Shown here piece after piece: positions 58,366 through 64,000 of a stretch of DNA of 64,000 bases. Source of the stretch: Candidatus Latescibacterota bacterium (GTDB lineage Bacteria > Latescibacterota > UBA2968 > UBA8231); the NCBI GenBank assembly GCA_965242865.1, contig CBDETK010000013.1, positions 5,024,001-5,088,000 on the forward strand, in the 5' to 3' direction. A program made the position numbers and the translations under genes. Below the pieces are notes generated by a model. That model was not told where the DNA came from. It did not search any database and saw only the letters and a program-made list of their open reading frames with translations. Every line of letters begins with the position of its first letter. Position 1 is the first letter of the stretch.

Positions 58366-58763
58366 TTAATGTGAAAACGAATAATGGCCATCCATAGAGA
58401 GAATCAACACCCCGTAGCGAAGTATGTCGCGGCCTATTAGCCCCTGATAGACACTCTTTCCGGCATCGAATTCAAGAGCTTGGGTGTTTGCTGTTTGGGG
58501 AGTCAATTGTGCTTGGCCAGAGTGCGAGCCGTCAGGATTCTGTTTGAAATCGACGATAAAAGCCACATGCACATCGTACGCATTTACATTGACCAGCCCG
58601 CCGGCAGTTTGCATTTCAACCTTACCAATAGGCTGTAGCTCAAGCGCATCTATTACGGACCTTGCGATACAAGTTCGAGAAGCCCCTGTATCGACAAGGA
58701 CAGGGCATATATGAAGTTTGCTCTCATCTTTTTTGGACGCATCAATGAACCCAACCTGCCATA
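58366..58763 (-). pseudogene. Retropepsin-like aspartyl protease, 5' end cut by IS630
   Basis: The frame upstream of the listed ORF reads IWQVGFIDASKKDESKLHICPVLVDTGASRTCI..., and the ORF has GLIGRDIL; the frame runs into the IS left TIR. Confidence 0.7.
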
Positions 58764-59899
58764 TAGCAATCCGAAATGCCTTGAAAGGTTAAGGTTTTCT
58801 TTTTATGTTGTCATTTCGTTTTCTATCGTCCCTTTTTCAGGAGTGTTTTCAGCTGGTTTCCGATCGTTCTTTATCCGATTTTATCGCCAGCAACCCCGAC
58901 GCCCGTGAACTCAAACGTGCAGTCGCGGTTCAGATGACTCTGTTGGGGGTCAAACAAGGTATGATTCAAGCGGTGCTCGGCGTTCCGTCGGGGTTCATCC
59001 GTACGTGGAAGAAGCGGTATCTATCTGAGGGGGTCGAATGCTTGCGCTTAGGCTATAAAGGCTCGCCGTCCTATTTGTCGGCTGCTCAGCGAGCGCAAAT
59101 CACCCGCTGGTTAGCCACCCAATCACAGCCCTCGGTGGCGTCGTTGGCCTCCTATATCCAAACGCAGTTTGGCGTGGTGTATCGCTCCTCACAGCGTTAC
59201 TACGCTCTGCTCTCGCAGGCGGGCTATAGCTGGAAAAAGACCCAAGCCCGTTCACCCAAAGCCGACCCGCGTCCGGGGATCGCACGGCGAGCCGAGATAA
59301 AAAAAACTAGCCGTGTATAAGGAGGCACTCCAAGGGGGGCACCTCAGTGCCTTTTTTGTCGACGAGTCGCACCTACACTGGGGTGATGCTTGTGGGTATG
59401 CTTGGGGACGACGCGGTCAACGGCTTAGGGTGTGCATGGACAACGCCCGTCAACGCCAGACCTATTATGGGGCTTTGGATGTCGTCAAGGGGACCTTCCT
59501 GATGCAAAGCGATCCTAAGGCCAACGCGCAGCATACGGTGGACTTTATACGCTCTATACAACAGCGTCGTCCCGGTCAACGGTTATTGATTTTTTGGGAT
59601 GGGGCTTCCTATCATCGTCAACAGGCCATGCGCACCGTTCTCGAAACCATACAAGCGAACCGACCACCGGATCAATGGAAGGTATGCTGTATGCGATTGG
59701 CCCCTTATACACCGCAAGAAAATCCGGTCGAAGATATTTGGTTAAAAGGGAAGACTTTTGTGTGTACCCATGCGTTGTGGACCACACAACTTTGAACAGG
59801 TCAAAGACCTCTTTGTCAAGGGAATTCGGCAGAAAAAATACTTCCAGTTCCCTAAGTTACAGCAATATATAACATCTCTTGAATAATTTAGAATTGCTA
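58764..59899 (+). mobile_element. IS630-family insertion sequence, degenerate
   Basis: Imperfect TIRs TAGCAATCCGAAAT / ATTTAGAATTGCTA, each flanked by TA. HTH ORF 58805-59320 and DDE ORF 59313-59795 (VDES, WDGASYH, NPVE) are joined by an A8 -1 slip site at 59299-59306. A second frameshift near 59780 cuts off the FEQVKDLF..FPKL tail. Confidence 0.88.
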
Positions 59900-59900
59900 T

Positions 59901-60176
59901 ATTGCTCGCGTTCTTCGCAGTGCAGCGGCCCAAATTCGCGCCCTCAAATCGGCCAATATATCCATCTCACTCGGCGATGCAAAGGTGATTCTCATGGGGC
60001 ACTTCCTCTGCGAAGCGCACCGCCTGTGCAATCTGGCCCAGGAAGAGACATTCCTTGCCGATGTTGAAAGACGTATTGACGACTACGTGGCCAGCGTGAG
60101 CAGCGTCCAAGGCGACGGTATCTACACACAAGACCCCTCTGGGCAACGGGTCCTTTTTGCAGAGATGGCCAACTAA
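59901..60176 (+). pseudogene. 3' fragment of a gene truncated by the IS
   Basis: Open frame from the IS right end with no start or RBS: IARVLRSAAAQIRALKSANISISLGDAKVILMGHFLCE...; loosely resembles C-termini of DUF1156 methylases. Confidence 0.4.
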
Positions 60177-60229
60177 CGCTTCGTTTCATCCGCTCATTCG
60201 CCGTGCAACAAACCACAGGAGATCGCCTC

Positions 60230-62119
60230 ATGGCCGACGATTGGTACGACGTAATTGTAAAAAAAGACGTGATGGTATCCATGCGCGACAGCGTCCGCTT
60301 GGCGACGGATTTGTACCTTCCAGCCCGCGACGGGCAGCCAACCCCGGGCAAATTCCCCGCTGTCTTTCACCGCACGCCCTACGACAAAAGCGACGTGGAG
60401 CGCAACGATAACTACGGCCGGTTTTTCGCCCAGCGCGGCTACGTCGCCATCTACCAAGACTGCCGGGGGACGTTCCAGTCCGAGGGGGACGTGAACTTCC
60501 TCATCCCCGAGGCCGAGGACGGGTACGACGCCTTGCAGTGGATCGACCAACAGCCGTGGAGCAATGGCAAAGTGGGGTCGTGGGGGACTTCGTGGTCGGG
60601 CTGGACGCAAACGGCCATGGCCGCGTTGGGGCCGACCAACCTAAAGGCCATGATCGTCAACATGAGCGGGGCCGACGCGCACGAGTCTTCCGTGCGACAC
60701 GGCGGCGCCCTAGAGCTGCGGTTTTTGGCGTGGGCGTTTTGGCACTCGGCCGCCAACACGCAGCGCGCCCTAAAAGCCGACCCGGCCGTGGATGCCGCCC
60801 TAAACTTGGGGGCGCCGGCCTTTGCCGACTGGCTGACGCGAATGCCGCTCCGCAAGGGACAGACCCAGCTCAAGCTGGTGCCACCCTACCAAAAGTGGGC
60901 GTTGGACTTGCTGACGAAGGCCGACTACGACGAGTACTGGCAGCATCCTAGCTACGCGCCCGCGCTCTTTTGGGACGACTTCCCGGACGTGCCGATTTTG
61001 CTCATTGGGGGCTGGTACGATTCGTACACGCGCTCGACGTGCAAAAACTACGCAGGGCTAGCGGCGCGCAAGCAGGGGCCGGTGCGGATGCTCATGGGGC
61101 CGTGGACGCACGGAACCCACACGCTGGAGCAGAGCGTTGCGGGCGACGTAGAGTTTGGCGAGGAGGCAGCCCTCAGCGACTTCCGCGCCCTGCAGCTGCG
61201 CTACTTTGACTGGGCGCTCAAGGGCGTCGATACCGGCGAAGCGAGCGCGCCGCCGGTGCGGATCTTTGCCATGGGCGGCGGCGGTGGCCATCGCACCAGT
61301 AGCGGCCGGCTGTTCCACGGCGGGCATTGGCGCGACGAGGCCGAGTGGCCGTTGGCGCGGACGCGCTATACCAAATACTACCTGCACGGCGACGGCTCCC
61401 TGTCGCCGGAAAGGCCGGCGGCCGACAGCGGCGATACCGTCTATCGCTTCGACCCGGCCAATCCAGTGCCCTCCATCGGCGGCAATGTCTCGTCGCTTTC
61501 CGAGATCGGCCCGCTGCCCCCGGGCGTGGGCGCGGCAGCCAATGCGCCGTGGCGGGCGCGGGTGGAGCAGTTGATGGTGCCGGGCGGGTTCGATCAGGTG
61601 GAGACACCAGCGTTTTACGGCTGCACCCCGCCCTATCTGCCGCTGGGGTCGCGGCCGGATGTGTTGGTTTTTGCCACCGAGCCGCTGGCCGAAGCCGTGG
61701 AGGTGACCGGGCCGATAGAGGTGCGGTTGTGGGTGTCGTCGTCTGCGCCGGATACGGACTTTACCGCCAAGCTGATCGATTGCTATCCCCCGAGCCGCTG
61801 GTATCCGCACGGCTACGCACTCAACCTGACCGACAGCATCGCGCGCCTGCGCTATCGCAACGGGCGCGAAAAGGGCGAGTTGCTCGCGCCGGGCGAGGTC
61901 GCCGAGCTGGCGATTACCCTCTATCCGACGAGCAATGTATTTGCGGCCGGGCACCAGATCCGCCTCGACATTTCCAGCTCCAACTTTCCCCGCTTTGACG
62001 TCAATCCCAATACCGGCGACCCCATCGGCGCGGACCGGCGACGGCAGGGCGCGGACAACAGGGTTCACCACAATGCAGCGCAGGCTTCGCACGTGGTGTT
62101 GCCGATCATTCCAACGTAG
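60230..62119 (+). CDS. CocE/NonD (S15) family hydrolase
   Basis: MRDSVRLATDLYLP, RTPY, QDCRG..SEG, GTSWSG nucleophile, GGWYD, GPWTH, SSSNFPRFD. Start at ATG 60230. Confidence 0.92.
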   Translation: MADDWYDVIVKKDVMVSMRDSVRLATDLYLPARDGQPTPGKFPAVFHRTPYDKSDVERNDNYGRFFAQRGYVAIYQDCRGTFQSEGDVNFLIPEAEDGYDALQWIDQQPWSNGKVGSWGTSWSGWTQTAMAALGPTNLKAMIVNMSGADAHESSVRHGGALELRFLAWAFWHSAANTQRALKADPAVDAALNLGAPAFADWLTRMPLRKGQTQLKLVPPYQKWALDLLTKADYDEYWQHPSYAPALFWDDFPDVPILLIGGWYDSYTRSTCKNYAGLAARKQGPVRMLMGPWTHGTHTLEQSVAGDVEFGEEAALSDFRALQLRYFDWALKGVDTGEASAPPVRIFAMGGGGGHRTSSGRLFHGGHWRDEAEWPLARTRYTKYYLHGDGSLSPERPAADSGDTVYRFDPANPVPSIGGNVSSLSEIGPLPPGVGAAANAPWRARVEQLMVPGGFDQVETPAFYGCTPPYLPLGSRPDVLVFATEPLAEAVEVTGPIEVRLWVSSSAPDTDFTAKLIDCYPPSRWYPHGYALNLTDSIARLRYRNGREKGELLAPGEVAELAITLYPTSNVFAAGHQIRLDISSSNFPRFDVNPNTGDPIGADRRRQGADNRVHHNAAQASHVVLPIIPT

Positions 62120-62135
62120 GACAGGAGCAGGCACA

Positions 62136-63299
62136 ATGGAACAATTGCAGTTGGCCCTCGTGGGGTGTGGCGGCATGGCCGGGGCCCACGTGCGCGGCTT
62201 GGCCGAGTTAGCCCAAGCCGGGATCGACGATATTCAGGTGGTGGCCTGTTGCGACTTGGTGGAAGCGCAGGCGCGGCAGCGGGCCGCCGAGCTCGCCGAA
62301 TTTCAGGCGCACGAGCCGGCCGTTTATACCAACGTGGAGCAAATGCTCGCCCAGGTGGCAGACCTCGACGCGGTGGATATCTGCGCCCTGCACTCGCAAC
62401 ACCACGTCCTCGCCGTAGCCTGTCTAGCGGCGGGCAAGCACGTGATCATTGAAAAGCCGCTGGCGATCACCTTGCGCGCCGGCCGCCAAATACTCGCGGC
62501 GGCCATAGCCAATCGCTGTCAGCTCGCCGTGGCGGAAAACTACCGCCGCTCGCCGCCGGAGCGGGCCAGAGCGTGGGCGGTGGCCAGCGGGCAGATCGGC
62601 CAGCCGCGCACCTTCTATTGGCAGGAAGCGGGCTTGCGGCTGGGCAAGTGGGGCTGGCGCAACTTCAAGCGCGACGCCGGCGCCGGCTGGCTCCTCGACG
62701 GCGGCGTGCATTTTGCCGATTTGTTCCGCTATCACTTGGGGGCTGAGGCGCGGCAGGTGGTGGCGCGCGTCCAGCGCTTTGAGCCGTATCGCTACGACGA
62801 GCCGGTCGAGCGCGAAGGGGCGTGGCCCGTGGATGTGGAGGACTGCGCGATGGCGCTGATCGACTTTGACGGCGGCGCGGTGGTGCAGTGGACTTGGCAA
62901 GGTTCGGCCCCGGGACAGGACTTTGGCAAGCGCGTCCTCTACGGCAGCGAGGGCTGCATTGATTGGGAGAGTGGGCTGTGGACCCGTGCCGGCGCGAACA
63001 CCTCCACCGAGGCTTTGGTCGAGGCGCATCAGCGCAGCCTTGCAGCGGACGAGCGCGAGCGGCTGTTCCCCGGGGGCGTGGAAAGCCCCATTGCAACCGA
63101 GTTGAAGGATTTTGCCGACGCGGTGCGGGGGCAGGGCACGCCCGAGGTGGATGGCCTAGACGGCTATCGCTCGCAGGCGATCTGCATGGCGATTTTTGAG
63201 TCCGAGTGGTTTAACCGGCCCGTGAGCTTGGCCGAGATCGAGCGTGGCGACTTAGAGGGCTACCAAGCCGAAATCGACCAAGCACTGGGGATTGCTTAG
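62136..63299 (+). CDS. Gfo/Idh/MocA family oxidoreductase
   Basis: LVGCGGMA, GKHVIIEKPLA, LLDGGVHFAD. Start at ATG 62136 after AGGAG. Confidence 0.9.
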   Translation: MEQLQLALVGCGGMAGAHVRGLAELAQAGIDDIQVVACCDLVEAQARQRAAELAEFQAHEPAVYTNVEQMLAQVADLDAVDICALHSQHHVLAVACLAAGKHVIIEKPLAITLRAGRQILAAAIANRCQLAVAENYRRSPPERARAWAVASGQIGQPRTFYWQEAGLRLGKWGWRNFKRDAGAGWLLDGGVHFADLFRYHLGAEARQVVARVQRFEPYRYDEPVEREGAWPVDVEDCAMALIDFDGGAVVQWTWQGSAPGQDFGKRVLYGSEGCIDWESGLWTRAGANTSTEALVEAHQRSLAADERERLFPGGVESPIATELKDFADAVRGQGTPEVDGLDGYRSQAICMAIFESEWFNRPVSLAEIERGDLEGYQAEIDQALGIA

Positions 63300-63376
63300 A
63301 AGCGTGTTGAACGAGCCGTAGAGCCGGTCTGCTCGGCTCCTTAGCCCGTTGCAGCCGGGCAGGTGAACCTCCATGA

Positions 63377-64000
63377 CTACTCAGTACCCAGCTCGAGGGC
63401 CCCTACAAAGGGCCTTTCCTCGATGAAGGCTTCGACGTTTGAGCCATCGAGGTTGGCACGCCGAATCGTATCCCTGAAAGTGTCCGCGTAGTACATCTTT
63501 CCACGCGCCAAATCCAGCGCGATGCCCGTTGGCACCGCCAATCTCATGTCGGCGTTGGTGAGGTTTCTGCGCTGTGTGCCATCGAGGTTGGCACGCTGGA
63601 TCCTATCCGTGCCGTCCACCTGCCAGTCCGAGTCCGTCCAGTACATCTTTCCGCCTGCCAAATCCAGCGCGATGCCCGTTGGATTTGGCAACCTGATGAG
63701 GGTTCTGACGTGTCTGCCATCGAGGTTGGCACGCTGGATCCTATCCGTGCCCCGCTCCGTCCAGTACATCTTTCCGCTTATCCAATCCAGCGCGATGAAC
63801 GCTGGATTATTCAACCACCTGTAGAGCACTTCGATGTCTGAGCCATCCAAGTTGGCACGCAGAATAAGATTCGTCGCATCCTCCACCCAGTACATCTTTC
63901 TGCGCACCAAATCTAGCGCGAGACCCTTTGGATCATTACCTGTTGGATCATTACCTCTCCTGTTAAGGATCACTCGGCGGTTTTCGCCATCCAAGTCGGC
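63377..64000 (-). CDS. LDL-receptor class B (YWTD) repeat beta-propeller protein, 5' part outside the window
   Basis: Four P.GIALD...GKMYWTD..I.RANLDG repeats, also similar at the DNA level; frame open to the window edge. Confidence 0.88.
   Translation of the reverse strand, partial: ADLDGENRRVILNRRGNDPTGNDPKGLALDLVRRKMYWVEDATNLILRANLDGSDIEVLYRWLNNPAFIALDWISGKMYWTERGTDRIQRANLDGRHVRTLIRLPNPTGIALDLAGGKMYWTDSDWQVDGTDRIQRANLDGTQRRNLTNADMRLAVPTGIALDLARGKMYYADTFRDTIRRANLDGSNVEAFIEERPFVGALELGTE

Noticed and set aside
63296-63345. TTA-GAAGCGTGTTGAA resembling the MITE left end
   Set aside because: Only about 7 bases match, with no internal similarity or right TIR; the adjacent GAGCCG/CGGCTC hairpin is better explained as a terminator between convergent genes.

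Overview
High-GC bacterial window. The gene content suggests an uncultured diderm of the Latescibacterota/Gemmatimonadota/Poribacteria type, quite possibly a sponge symbiont: FlgD-Ig-tailed secreted proteins, a 'SWGxIK' C-terminal motif, PhyH, YWTD repeats and many toxin-antitoxin (TA) modules. This assignment is inference. Contents: a sacsin-like ATPase; a TPP-riboswitch-controlled TonB receptor/thiN pair; catabolic enzymes; a ~3250-aa surface protein split by a 1-nt frameshift (BNR_4 propeller, F-type-lectin-like domain, 12 tandem 95-aa PKD-like repeats, He_PIG/Calx-like repeats); a type II R-M cassette; a MITE family; an IS630 between two gene stumps; sugar and multidrug ABC transporters; and intact and orphaned TA genes. 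The most unusual part is the co-directional cluster at 30.9-49.7 kb. It encodes a PpiC foldase, three paralogous secreted discoidin/FlgD-Ig proteins that all end in -VAY, two paralogous ~880-aa Asp/Asn-rich putative outer-membrane proteins, a GT-C/TPR protein and a CBM9-like protein, followed by PhyH and a sugar ABC importer. It looks like an unnamed surface-display/glycan-capture system. No CRISPR array, rRNA or tRNA was seen. Several short-homopolymer frameshifts could be assembly errors. All family calls come from motif recognition, not database searches.
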